Assembly (NCBI GenBank): GCA_013265495.1
Contig: MU058065.1
Location: 9,713,720 to 9,777,719 of the forward strand
Direction of reading: 5' to 3'
From: Vicugna vicugna
Lineage: Eukaryota
Length of the DNA stretch: 64,000 nucleotides
Shown: positions 1 to 11,780 of the stretch, one piece after another
Layout: every line of letters starts with the position of its first letter
Numbering within the stretch: the first letter of the stretch is position 1
Notes under the pieces: model-generated
The model's database searches: none
Seen by the model: only the letters and a program-made list of their open reading frames with translations
What the model was told of the DNA's origin: nothing
Made by a program: the position numbers and the translations under genes

Positions 1-1819
1 CTCTATATTGCTCTATAAATATTTAATGAATTGTATTTTAGTGGAAAGTCTTTAAGTGTATGAATATCAAGCTATTTTGCTAAAAGCGTGGGTTCTTCAT
101 TGGGGCAGTTTGTGTGGAGAGTTAAAGATAATTTTAGAGTTTCAAATACTACAGGATAATGCAATGGTTAAAACAAAAAAACCAGAAGAATGTATCTTTA
201 ATAATGTGAATTACTGCCTGTTCCCCGGAAGAATGCATTCCCAGCTGCAGAAGTCTCTATCTCGCTGCCCAGATCGAGCAGAATACAAAGGTCCAATGCC
301 AATTTCGTCTGAAACTTGTTTTGCAGTGTCAGAGTCTTGGTTTTTAGGAAAAGACTTGTGGTTGCTATGGAACTGTTAATAATGATTGCTGCCTGTACCT
401 CCATTCCTCATACTCCCAGTCTCCAATATAAAATCACTTAGACTGGGGCCGTAGGGCAGTAAACAAAGTTTCGAGCAGGAATTAACTGGGCTTGGGCATT
501 AGTGTCTTAATGTAGGAAATGACTTTCATTATAACCTTTACTTACACTAGCGGCTTGGCTCTGTCAAAGGAGCTTCTAGTTTCCTGATAGTGGACTGAAG
601 AGCGTGGGGTTCAAACCTTGCTCTTCTGCATAAGCATTGCTAAAAGCAGAAACATTTTAGGCTTTCATCACACAGTACATGTAAAAATATCTTTATTCGG
701 TGCAGAACTGCCCTTTTTGTGGGTCTTTTATTTTCATGTATAAAAAGAAATTCAGCCAAATACTAGAGTTGTAAGTGGAAAGAGGAAAATATTTTTGTTG
801 AAATATATGTATATGTATTTGAAAAATAAAATCTCATGGAAGAATGACATCTTTGTTGTATTTCTGTGAGATTTGTGATCCATGTAATAGATACATCTTA
901 TTCCTGAATTGTCTTTCTAAGATACGGATCTCAGTGCTTATTAATGTATAACCAATCTTTGGGGGAAAACTAATCCAGTTCTTGAGCTCCAGGCACATAA
1001 AGTTAGGAATGGGTTATTGGATGGGTGGGAAGAAGATATATCTAATTTGGGGACTTTGCAGCCTCACCAGTATGCAAATGATTTTACAATAATGCAGATT
1101 AAATAGTTTCCCTTTCCACAACTGCTGCTGTCTCTAATCCCTACAGTATGTGTCTTCCAGCAATTATCTGGCCTAATTCTCTCTTTTATTGCCTAGGATT
1201 GTAACGCTTCAAATGAGGAACAAAGAATAAATGTTTGTCAGTCAAGTCTAAAACGATGCCTGAGTGCAGTTTTTCACTGACATGCAGATAGTTTCTAGAA
1301 ACAAAGGACATAAGCATTTTTGAAAAGGAAATGTACACATTACATTAGCCCTGGATCCCCCAACTTCTCAGCTTCAAGAAATGACTGTAACTTTGTAAAG
1401 GTTAAACAGACATGTTTAGGGCCCTGGGTGAAATTAAGTCTTTTACCAAGTGGATGGCACTGCATAAGGCAGAGGTGTATCTGGGCGAATCAACTGAATG
1501 TACGGTTCAGTACATTCATGTTTGCAGGGCTGTTTAAGGTATTATAAGGTCTGGTACAAAATAATAAAAATGCAGATGGAACTATCAAATTCATCAAGCT
1601 GCTGCAATAAATTCAGATGCTCTCCAGAGCTGGCAAGGTGATGTCAAGAAAGTTAAACTTGAAGAATGAGACTCAGATTTCTAAATGAGATCAGGGAAAA
1701 AAGAAAGCAGAGTTAATAGGGGAAATCAGGACTGAAACAATCAACATTACGGCTACATTTGGAGGAGAGTTTAAAAGTCAATTCTTTCTGGTTGTTTTAA
1801 AATCATTCTGCCAAGAAAC

Positions 1820-3433
1820 TGACATTTTTATATACTTTTTATTTTTTGGTTTATTTAGTCTTCTTTAACATAGCCAGTGTTAGTTCAATAATCTAATATT
1901 TGGGGTACATTATTGCAAAATAATAATATAGCTGTATCAGTGAGGCAACAAAATACATCTGTTAATTCTGTATCTTTTCTAAGACAAAGCATAGTTTGTT
2001 AATACTGTCTTGGATTATCTATATTTGTAAGGTTACTTATAGTGAGTGGTGCATACTAAAGGAAGGGAATTTGCTCTCTGGTACAACTGTCTTTAAACTA
2101 TAATCGTTTTCTCAAAACATTACCATTCTGTAATTAAAAATAGATAAAACAATACTTTAGTATAATGTTAGGTGGTAGTAAAAATTACTCTGAGTAACTG
2201 TGCACATGTACATAAACACTAGCATGCTTTAAGAAGTTAAGAAACACATTAATATTCTGTGAAATGACTATATAAATAAAACTGCAATGAAATTACCATT
2301 ATGTACAAAAAAAGGAAAAACAGAATCTTTTCCTTAAACCTGTTGATTCTGACATCTTATAAACCCACATTACATCATTTGGAGTGTAAGGATTATATCA
2401 AATTTGGAAAACGTTTAAGAGTACTGTGACACAACTTCCTACAAAAGGCAGTATGTACTAATTTTGAAGATTTATGTTCACTCCAGTGTTAAAGAGACAG
2501 CATCCTTTTGAACTTCCTTAGAGAAATACTTGTAATGTCTTTTATTTATTAAGAAAAATGCAGCTTTAACAGAGTAAAGTGTTTTTATATTATTTGAAAA
2601 CATTGGAAAATAAAAATACTGTGAAGAGATAATATATTATCCACAATATATGAACTTCTTTAGTGTTGTTATATAGAGTGAAGTGCTTGAACTAATACTG
2701 TAAAAGTTTCGCTTTTGAGCATATACTCTTTTCTGTCTTCATTCTCTTTGACAGTCTTGGTTTCCTGTTGCTCTTATTTTCCGAAGTCTCCTTAGTTTTC
2801 TTTATCTAATCATCTCAACTTTTCTACATATCTTACTTCATTAGCTGATTATCATAGTCTTTCAATTTCTCCTTCACTTTCAATAAACATTAGTTTCCAC
2901 TATGTGAATGATCAACTGAATTTTCTCTTCTACCTTTTAAGAAAAGTGTTTTCTTCTTAAGAGATACAAGTAGTTACCTCTTTTAGCTAAAATACATATG
3001 TGTATTATGTATCACACACTTGAAGACTATAGATTTACAGAGTTCTATGGAAATTCAATATATTACTGGTAGACTTCAGCAAGCTTATGGAATGACAAAA
3101 AATGAATCACATTTCATGATTAGTATCTTACATAGCCTCTGGTTTTTCTGACTAAGCCGAATTGATCGGTGTTTTGCGACTGCTCCATTTCTTCTGGGCA
3201 ATCTTAAAGAACTACAGAAATGGAACCTAAGAGTAAATTAGAAGTGTAGACCCTGATAGGCTGCCTTCTTAGTAAGTCTTGGTCACGTGTGTGCTGCTAC
3301 TGTGTAGTAAGTGATGACTGCCTGGACAGTAACGGGAGTGAATGCATAGTGCTGGAGATGCTCAGGAGTTCGTTTCTAGGCTCCAGTTACGCCCCTAACT
3401 GAAAGCGCAGGCCGGGCGCAGCAGGCTGTGCGT
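1820..3433 (-). other. CAVIN2: CAVIN2 3'UTR (approximate 3' end)
   Basis: AT-rich sequence with no recognisable interspersed repeat after the stop codon. Minus-strand AATAAA hexamers at 1850-1855 and 1838-1843, plus a proximal overlapping pair at 2541-2550. The exact cleavage site is inferred. Confidence 0.6.
1838..1855 (-). terminator. CAVIN2: Tandem AATAAA polyadenylation signals (candidate distal poly(A) site)
   Basis: tttatt on the + strand at 1838-1843 and 1850-1855, followed on the minus strand by a U/GU-containing tract (tgtcagtttcttgg). Confidence 0.55.
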
Positions 3434-4225
3434 TTAGGCGGTCTGGTCCACCTGGAGGACCGCCGGCTGCACAGGCTGCTCCTCCGACTGCTCTGCCTCC
3501 TCGGAGGTCAGCATGTAGTCTCCTGCGTAGCGCACCAGCTGCGCCTGCTCCAGGGCCACCGACTCCTCCTCTTCATCTTCCACGATGGTCAGGTCGACGT
3601 TGCTGTCCACCGCCGAGTGACTCCCTCTCGAGGCCGCCCCGTCCGCATCCCCGTCCGCGCTCTTCCCTTCCGCCAGGGCACTGGAGAGGGAGGCTTCGGA
3701 AAGACCCTCCGCAAACGAGCTCTCCTCGTGGTCGTTGGGCATCTCACTGCTGGGCATGTCTTCTGACCTGGTTTCATTTTCTGCAGGGCTTTCTCCCTCT
3801 CGGACTTTCTTTCGACCAAAAGTGAGGGGAGAAACCTTGAAGGGAGAGCTTTTCCCCGAGGATATTTTTTGGTGATTGGAAGTGAGAGATTTCTTAATCT
3901 TCTCTCTCCTCTCTACAGATACGATCTTTGTCCCTAGCTTGTTCATCTTTTTCTCGATGTTCTGGCGAGAAAAGGCTTTCTTGAGGCTATCCACTTTCCG
4001 GAGACTGGATCTTTTTATTTTTTCTGCCCTACTTTCTTCCATCTTCTCGTCAGCACTGTCTTCCAGGGCCTCCTCGTCGTGGGGCAATTCATCATCAGAT
4101 GAGAGGTCCACTGTGTGCAAAGCTTCCTCCAGGGACTTGTTTTCGTCAGCTGGCTCCTCCTTCCCTTCCGCTGGGCTGGAAACCGGCTCCTTCACAAACA
4201 CACTGGCAGGGATCTCATTTTCTTC
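3434..4225 (-). CDS. CAVIN2: CAVIN2/SDPR coding exon 2 (aa 162-424; HR2 and acidic C-terminal region)
   Basis: Acceptor ttttcAG|GAAGAAAATGAG (AG at 4227-4226) is in frame with ORF 3434..4201. It reads EENEIPASVFVKEP...SRAEKIKRSSLRKVDSLKKAFSRQNIEKKMNKLGTKIVSVERREKIKKSLTSNHQK...VDQTA, stop TAA at 3436-3434. The spliced junction FQ|EENEIP is typical of cavins. Confidence 0.97.
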   Translation of the reverse strand, partial: EENEIPASVFVKEPVSSPAEGKEEPADENKSLEEALHTVDLSSDDELPHDEEALEDSADEKMEESRAEKIKRSSLRKVDSLKKAFSRQNIEKKMNKLGTKIVSVERREKIKKSLTSNHQKISSGKSSPFKVSPLTFGRKKVREGESPAENETRSEDMPSSEMPNDHEESSFAEGLSEASLSSALAEGKSADGDADGAASRGSHSAVDSNVDLTIVEDEEEESVALEQAQLVRYAGDYMLTSEEAEQSEEQPVQPAVLQVDQTA

Positions 4226-5602
4226 CTGAAAAGATGGCCAATGTAGATTTCATGTTAATAACACATTTAACAGTGGTCCCGAACTGCTGTAATTTGTGTG
4301 TACGTGTTTTGGCCTGACAGAAACCGTATGTCTGTGTTTCAGTTTTCTAGAATATGAAGTTAATTCTAAACTGATCAGCTCATCCCCCCTAGGCTGGATA
4401 AGGCCAAGGGCTGCCTATTGGGAATATTCTGAGGGCATCTGGCAAGGGCTGTATCAGTGACAGGCAGGGAGGGAAGTGGGCTGTGGCTCAGATTGACCAG
4501 GAAGCTGCCTAGATAAAGGAGCTAAAGTAAGTTACTGTGAACCCAGAGGGCCTCTCTCTTCTACCCTCAGCTCTGTTCCTGCCAAAATCCCACCACAAAA
4601 GAGCCTGGAAGTCAAGATAAAAGATGAGGGCAGGGGGAGAACTGGAAAATCCTCAAGTGTCAGGCACCCAGTGAACCAGACACCAGGTTCCCTCCACAAA
4701 CAAGAAGTCAGAGGTAAAGGCATGATCAACCTTGGTAGCTGTTTAAAAGTGCACACTAATTTTTCTAATGACATAATTTTGGAGTAAGAGTAGCAAGGGC
4801 CAGGCTTACTGGGGACCCACTTGCAAAGCCTTGTGGTTTAGTGCATTCTTTGTGGGCATTATAAGGGAAGATGGTATACTTGGGCCATTTCTGGAGCAGT
4901 AAGGGGATTTATGCTTCCAGGTGTACCTTATCAAGCCTCTCTTGTTAAACAGGGCTTCCCTGGGCAAGAATACTTCAGCTCCTACCTAGAGTGAAGACTG
5001 AGGAGGGAAACTCAGGAATCTGCCTCCCGCACTATTCCCAGCACACCTCTTCCTCCAGCTTCTAGGAGTACAAAGATCTGCCTCTCCCTATGCCTCAGCA
5101 CACCTCTTCCCCCCGAGTGTAAGAGAGATGGTTCTCCGGTGTTGCTAAGTGGGGAGATTTGAATTCAGACAGATTTGTGTCACCCAGCATAGGAATCCCT
5201 TTGATTTTTACTTTTTTTTTTGACTATTGGAAAACGAGAGCCAGCCAGCAGGTGCCTTCATTGGAAGAAACAGCACAGGGACAAGAACATGTGACAGGAG
5301 GCGTGGCTCTCAGTCCTTGCTGTCCTGCTCGATGGCTCTGAGGCTTTCAGCAAATAACTTCATCTCCTTGGGTCTCAGTTCCTTCCAAATGTGAACAAGA
5401 GGATTTGACCTAGAGTATCAGCTTTCAAACTGCACAACCAGGAGTACTAGGGGATCTGCAAGAATGCCAAGGTGGGCCAAGCTCTAGGCCCCTGCACCGG
5501 CCTTCAGGCCGAGATTCCTGATTATACTGTGGACTTCCCAGTAAACTTCCAGTTAAAAAAAAAACACACACAGGATTTAGTGAATTTAAAAGTCTGTCTG
5601 GG

Positions 5603-5990
5603 ACATAGAAGACAAACTTAATGGTTACCAAAAGGGAAGGGGTGGGTTGGGATACATTAGGAGTTTGAGATTAACATATATATACACTATATATAAAATA
5701 ACCAACAAGAACCTATTGTGTAGCACAAGGAACTACAGTCAATATCTTATAATAACCTATAATGGATAAGAACCTGAAAAAGAATATAAGTATATATATA
5801 TATATTATATATATATATGTGTGTGTGTATATATATGTGGGTGTGTATATATGTATATACATATATACATATATATATACGTATATACATATATACACAC
5901 CCACATATATATGTGTATAACTGAATCTTTTTGCTGTATGCCTGAAACTATCACAACATTGTAAATCAACTATACTTTAATTAAAAAAAT
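5603..5990 (+). mobile_element. L1 3' end (artiodactyl-type), 5'-truncated, with internal (TA/TG/CA)n expansion
   Basis: acatagaagacaaacttaatggttacc...aacaagaacctattgtgtagcacaaggaactac...tgtataactgaatc...acaacattgtaaatcaactatact plus an A-rich tail is a typical L1 3'UTR. Confidence 0.85.
5785..5918. repeat. Compound (TA)n/(TG)n/(TACA)n microsatellite
   Basis: Directly visible: tatatatata...gtgtgtgtat...atacatatatac. Confidence 0.9.
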
Positions 5991-8900
5991 TTTTTAAGCC
6001 TTCCTGGGAGCTGAACTTCATGCAAAGTTTATGTTAATGGTAAGAGCTTCCCTTCCTGTTTTGCAATTTTGATTGACTGAAAAGTCAATAAAATTGGGGT
6101 TATGATCAAAAACATGTTCTAAGAGTTTACCTGCTTACTTGTAACTTCTTGCTACAAAGACTAAGTGGACAATGTTTTAATTATACTGAACAGTATAATT
6201 ATGATACTCTTTGAAAAAATACAGCTCCATGTCTCCCCCTTACACACACCTACTCGTAGGAGTCCTTTCTGTAAATTGGTTAACATCTTGGGTACAGGTA
6301 AAAAGCAGGGCATCTGGTTAAACAGGATCCTTGGTAGAGTGAAGAAATCACAGATTCTCTTTCTCAAAGCTCTCTCCACACTCTCCCATTTCAAATATCA
6401 CAGAATGTGTCAGAAACACAGTATAAAAGATAAAGTAAAAAAGTGAAAGGAGCATGAGATTCCCACGAGTCATTTATGATGTGGACGTTTACAGAGAACA
6501 ACTTTGCCACGTGTCAAGTTTCGACTTGCCTCTTTTTCATTGGCATATAGTTCTCATGAGAGGGGAACTTGGGTCTCTTGTTGGTTGTTGTGCCCCGGTG
6601 ACTAGAGCAGTTCCTGAGAGCTCCACAGGTGTTTTGAGTGAGTGCATGTTGGGTGAGGAGGCTTCCTAACGCAGCCCTGGGGGTCGCTGGGGTGGACACT
6701 GTCCCTCTGCTGAGTAGGCCTGAGGACTACGGACGAATGGGCCTGGCTCTGTGTCTAGAAGGAAGTTTGCTGACTGCTGCCACCACTGGGAAATGAGAAC
6801 CAGGCCTAAGGGGCTTGGTGGTTTCCCTTTTTAAGGAAGGATTTTATTCTCAGTGGATGAGTATTACTGAAGAAGGGGCAGGCTGCAGAAATAGCGAGAG
6901 CTCCGATGCTTAGTCCAGAAGCAAAATTACTTTTGGGGTTTGACAAGAGGGTTGGGAAAGTTTGACAGGAGTTGCCTGCAGGAAAGGAAGAAACCAAGAG
7001 CTCAGTGAAGTGTTACTTAAAGTTCTCAGGGAAGAAGGCAGAAATTCAGGTGGAAAACTGGAAAAATAAGCCTTGGTTACTAAAGAAGAGGTACATTCTG
7101 TATAGTCTAATCTCTGGGTAATCAAAGGATTACTCTGATAACTTCCCTTTCTTCAACCTCGACAGAAGAGAGACATACTAACTAATTCTCAAAGAGTTAA
7201 ACTATTAATAGTGCATTTTTAATGAAATGTAAATCTTATTGTTCAAAAAGCACAGTTACTGTTGAGTCTTAGACTCTTGACTCTCTCACCATGTGTCCCT
7301 TGAGGGCAGGTTTGGGAAAAGTGAATTACCAGGTGAATCAGAAGTGATCTGTGGTGGATACACACTGCATACACAAGGGCAGTCGAAGGAAGGTGGGAAA
7401 CCCAACTGAACTCCTTTATATGATGCCAGATAAATTTATACAAAAACCCTTTGATGCCAGCTATGAAGATAAACCCAGTGGGAACAGACAGAATCCAGAA
7501 AGAGTTAGAACTGTCTTTCCACAACTGGAAACAAGTGAGATATGTCTTCTTGGCCAACTGCTATGCTTCTGCTGTCATTTTAATTACTCAAGCAGTATTT
7601 TGTGTTCTGTCTCCTGGATAATGTTTATTTTGCGGCTTTTTATAGTTCCACTCTGAGAGGAAGCCCTTTCCTTTCACATAGGAATTTGTGAAGTCCTAGT
7701 ACATGTAGGTCTTACCTTTCCATAATGTGTGTTTAGAAGCAGAAAAATGCTGACACTCTTCACAATCTCTATTTGTTAGGAAAATGTATACAAGGTTTTT
7801 GACTGTAGGATAGCTGTTACAGTGGTGGAAATTCAACCTGAACTTTGGACAGTGGATCCTCTGTATACTGCACTGTCCCCCAGGTGTCCAGTCTTACCTG
7901 CTCATGTGTGAGTTGCTCAGGGCACACACCTCGTGGAAATACTTGATATTTCACCTGCCTACAGGTGAGGCAATACTTCTACCTTCAGCCTCCTATTATA
8001 AAGTATTTGATCTGCTTTCTCTTGCAGATTCTAAGATTGATGGCTCTTTCAAGGGGAAGGATCAAATATACATCCTTGATTCTGCTTCGGGTCTGTAACT
8101 CCTTCATGTGGCATTAAGAATCCCTTGTGGGTTGCATTGCTTCCTTGAGTAGTTCTACACAGTAGAGACTCCCAGACAACTGACTATTTGTCCTACAGAT
8201 TAATTTTCAAAAAGGTATTCAGCCCCAGTGATGCAGCTGCTCCTGGTTCTGACCTTTCACAAGGACCCTTAGGAGTTTTTAAAAGGAAGGGAGAATTAAA
8301 CACGTATGAGTGATATATGCTTGAACCATAAAAGAGAAAAAGAGTGGAAAGAACTCTTGAGAAGTGGCATTTTTCCTTGCACTTTTGCTTGTTTGCAGTT
8401 TCTGTTGATTCTTGTATACTAATAGTCTCAGTCGTTCCTGTAGATATCAACACAGAGAAACCGGCCAACATGCTGGGCACTTGGGTTGATGCTCATGGAA
8501 GCAAATCTTCTTTGCACATGTATAGATACGCACACTTTAGAAGAGGAGGAGACTCTATGACTAGCATGAGAAAAGGAAGCCTGCAGTGAGTCATTTAAAA
8601 GCTTGAAAAAGGCAGTTTGCCCTCCTGTCACTAACTTATCATCCCCGTTGTTAGAAGAAAATAACAAAGACTGTTACATTCCCACAGGGATGTAGTGGCA
8701 TCCTGGAGGGATATGAGGACCATAAATTTGTGTCCATGGAATGTTTTATCCAATAATCTCTAAATACTAGTTATTAAAATGGAACTGTGCCCACCTGACA
8801 TTCTGACTTATAGGTCTCTTTTACACTTTGACGGTTTTCTCCAATTTGTGTTTCTGAGGTATAGACTGCCAAGCGGATAAAGCCATTGATTAGAACTGCA

Positions 8901-11116
8901 CCCCTAAGGCAGCTGTCAGTGGAATCAGCAAGTCATAAGAATAAAATGCATTAGTTATAATCCCCAAGCAGTCTTTCACATTCTGGAGGATTTAAAAGTT
9001 TCATTATTTTTCAGTGTTATCAAGGGCTCAATTCTTTTGTAAGATCACACTGGTTAGGTGTTCCTTGTTGCACGCACAAAAACCCATGAAACAAAACAAA
9101 AAGCAAACCATGCTGAATTATTTAAAAGCTGTTGTAGAAAACCTAGTAGACATGAACTTTGCCATAGTGGGATTATAGTGTTTCATTTTCACTCATTTCA
9201 TAATTCAGTTCTATAATTTCCATTATTAGTAAAGTGAAACCTTGCTAGTCACTTTGTTTCTCAGGGCCTCTCCTCCTTTAATATAAAATGAGGTTAAACT
9301 ACATGATTATTGAGGTGCTTGCCAGCTCTAAAGTATTTGATACTGTGATATTAACCTAAATCCCATGAAAACTAGTTAACAAATTGCAGAAATGATCTCA
9401 TAGGGTACAAATGCCTCACATGTTTGCTTTCATACAATCATCAAAACTGCAGGACCTGAGTTGCATTGGAGAACATTTTTCATTTGTTCAATTCAAACAG
9501 ATATAGATTACAAAGCAACAGAAGGGGTGACATTTACTTGGAAAGGCTGCATCTCAGGTAGAGTCTAGTTTTTTGATATATGAGAGAAAAGGATTCTTTA
9601 GAAGAAATATTGACAATAATCAGTTGTTCGTTTAAAGTGCCTGAGGCAGTTCTGACATTCAGTAAGTGTAAGTAATACAGTAAGAACTAGTATTTTGTTT
9701 ATCTCATAAACTGAAAGTGCACTGGATAACTAGTGCATCAAAACCAGTATCCCACTATGGGAACATTAATCAATGTGTTATGAACATCAAGAGGTTATAT
9801 AAAGGTGTCTTTGATCACCTATATCCCCATTTCTTCTAAGGCTGTACTAATGTAGCAGTTTTCAGGGTAATGAAAAAGTACAGTCTTTAAAAAAATGAAT
9901 TTAAAAAAATAGTCTGATGATGTTACACTTTTAGCACCTTTCTAAACTTCTCATCAAAGGAACCCAAATGATGAATATTTGAACACATTTATAGCCTTGA
10001 TTCTCCACAGTATCCACAGCAAATATCTAACCTCTACTCTTTTCACCTAATTTCACAATTTTATGTGGATGTAAGTGTAAACTGTCCATGAGTACTCTCA
10101 TTTTGTTCCCTGGATTTGAAATCATTCCCAAACTGCTCATTCAAATAATCATCACACCCTCAGGGCCAGTTACCTGTGAAATTCTAGTGAAAATTTCATC
10201 TTAACTGTAAATTCACTGATTTTTCTGTATAAATTTTGCTTTTAGTAAAAAAAATACGTATGTACTTACAGGCAAAGAATTAGTTCTATTAGTCTTTAGC
10301 ATTTGCTTTTTGAATCACAACCCCTCTGAGTCTTATTTCATTTATACTGGATCCTGTCACAGTATTTTGAATTCAAACATTGATCTTAAGCTATTATTTT
10401 AAAAAACTGTAAAAAGGGAAGCTGATAAGTTTAATAAGGATTTTACAATGTATTTTATTGCTCAAAAGGAGATGAATTTTCTCCAGTTTTAGATTCTACT
10501 GGTTATAACTTGAAGTAATTGCTGTCTTGAGAGGCTTAACAGCTACAACAATGTTGTAAGTTCAGTACCAACTTAAATAAATACATGACATGTTTTCAAT
10601 AGAACAAATTAAGGACAGATTTTAGAATTTTTAAAAATGCTAATGTGTATCTAGTAGGTGAACCAACCAACCAAAAAGTATCTGCAGATTTTGGCGGACA
10701 CAACAGGACTTTACAATGGAAACATCTGGGAACATAATCCTCTAAACACTACACTACTGAATATGTTCCAGTCCGGTGACAGATTTTTTTCCTCACTCTC
10801 TTATTTTTACATTAATTTTTTTGTCTTAAACTAGAAAGCCAGTGGATTTAGGAAAGGAAAGTCTGGCATACGGATCAAGTGGACTGAAAGTGACAAACAA
10901 CTTAAAGACATGAAGTGGTGCCTGGTACATTATCTGCCCTCCTCACTCTGCAGGTTCTACTAGGAAACACCTACCCTCTGTCTCATTTTGAAGACTGTGC
11001 TGCTACTAGAAGGGTCTATTTAGAGTAGGCCCTTTGGGCAGAGTCCTTTGCTTTCAGGGAGTGGTAGGGATGTAATATTGACTTCAACATGGTAGTTGTC
11101 ATACAATATATGGCAG

Positions 11117-11152
11117 TGTGTGTGTGTGTCTGTGTGTCTGTGTGTGTGTGTA
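11117..11152. repeat. Interrupted (TG)n microsatellite
   Basis: gtgtgtgtgtgtgtctgtgtgtctgtgtgtgtgtg. Confidence 0.9.
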
Positions 11153-11417
11153 TGTAGCTTTTAATAAGTCCTGACTGAAAAAAGCAAATGCATTGCTGTT
11201 TTACAGACCCTGGGTAGGATGGGAACAGTTTTTACTAAAGAGCCTTATTTCTGACCAAGCACAAGTGTAGCCTCCTCTCCATGCAGTGCATTTCAGATCC
11301 ACCCAGGAAGAGCTTCTATTCCTTGAGCTCTTAAATCATGACAGTCATTAACCATTTAAAATATGTTATTCCATTTATTCCTTATCCTATGAGGGAGACA
11401 TGAGGGAAGAACCACTA

Positions 11418-11780
11418 ATGTTTAAGAGCATACTTTGAAATCAATTAAGTATGAGTTCAAATTTCAGCTTCACTACTTGCTTACTAAATAACTTCGGACA
11501 AGATACAAGCATTTCTGAATCTCGGCATCCTCATCTGTAAGTTGGGGCAATTGAGATAAACTCCAGAAAGATGCTTAGTGGAGTATGTGGGGCTTCCTAT
11601 GAGCTCAAGAATATTTTTGCTCTTGTTAATATTCTGAGATATTAATAAGATGTACAGATGAGGAAGCAGAAGCTTGGAAAAGCTACCAAATGTGCACAAG
11701 TGGCAAGTGGTGAAACTAGGATTTGAACCAGTGTCTGTATGACAAAATTTATCTTCTCAACCTCAGTACCAGACCACTCT
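11418..11780. mobile_element. Two MIR fragments in opposite orientation (+ ~11418-11555, - ~11625-11780)
   Basis: MIR core motifs tctgaatctcggcatcctcatctgtaag (+) and tacagatgaggaagcaga...ggatttgaacc (-). Confidence 0.65.

Noticed and set aside
1495..1518. 9-bp perfect hairpin TGAATGTAC-GGTTCA-GTACATTCA
   Set aside because: Too short for a pre-miRNA, plausible by chance in 64 kb, and probably within an old DNA-transposon relic.
2700..2890. Purine-rich, E/K-codon-like tract on the minus strand in the 3'UTR
   Set aside because: The frames I translated contain multiple stops, so there is no support for a hidden coding exon.
3428..4317. Overlapping alternative-frame and antisense ORFs around exon 2
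   Set aside because: By-products of the real CDS.
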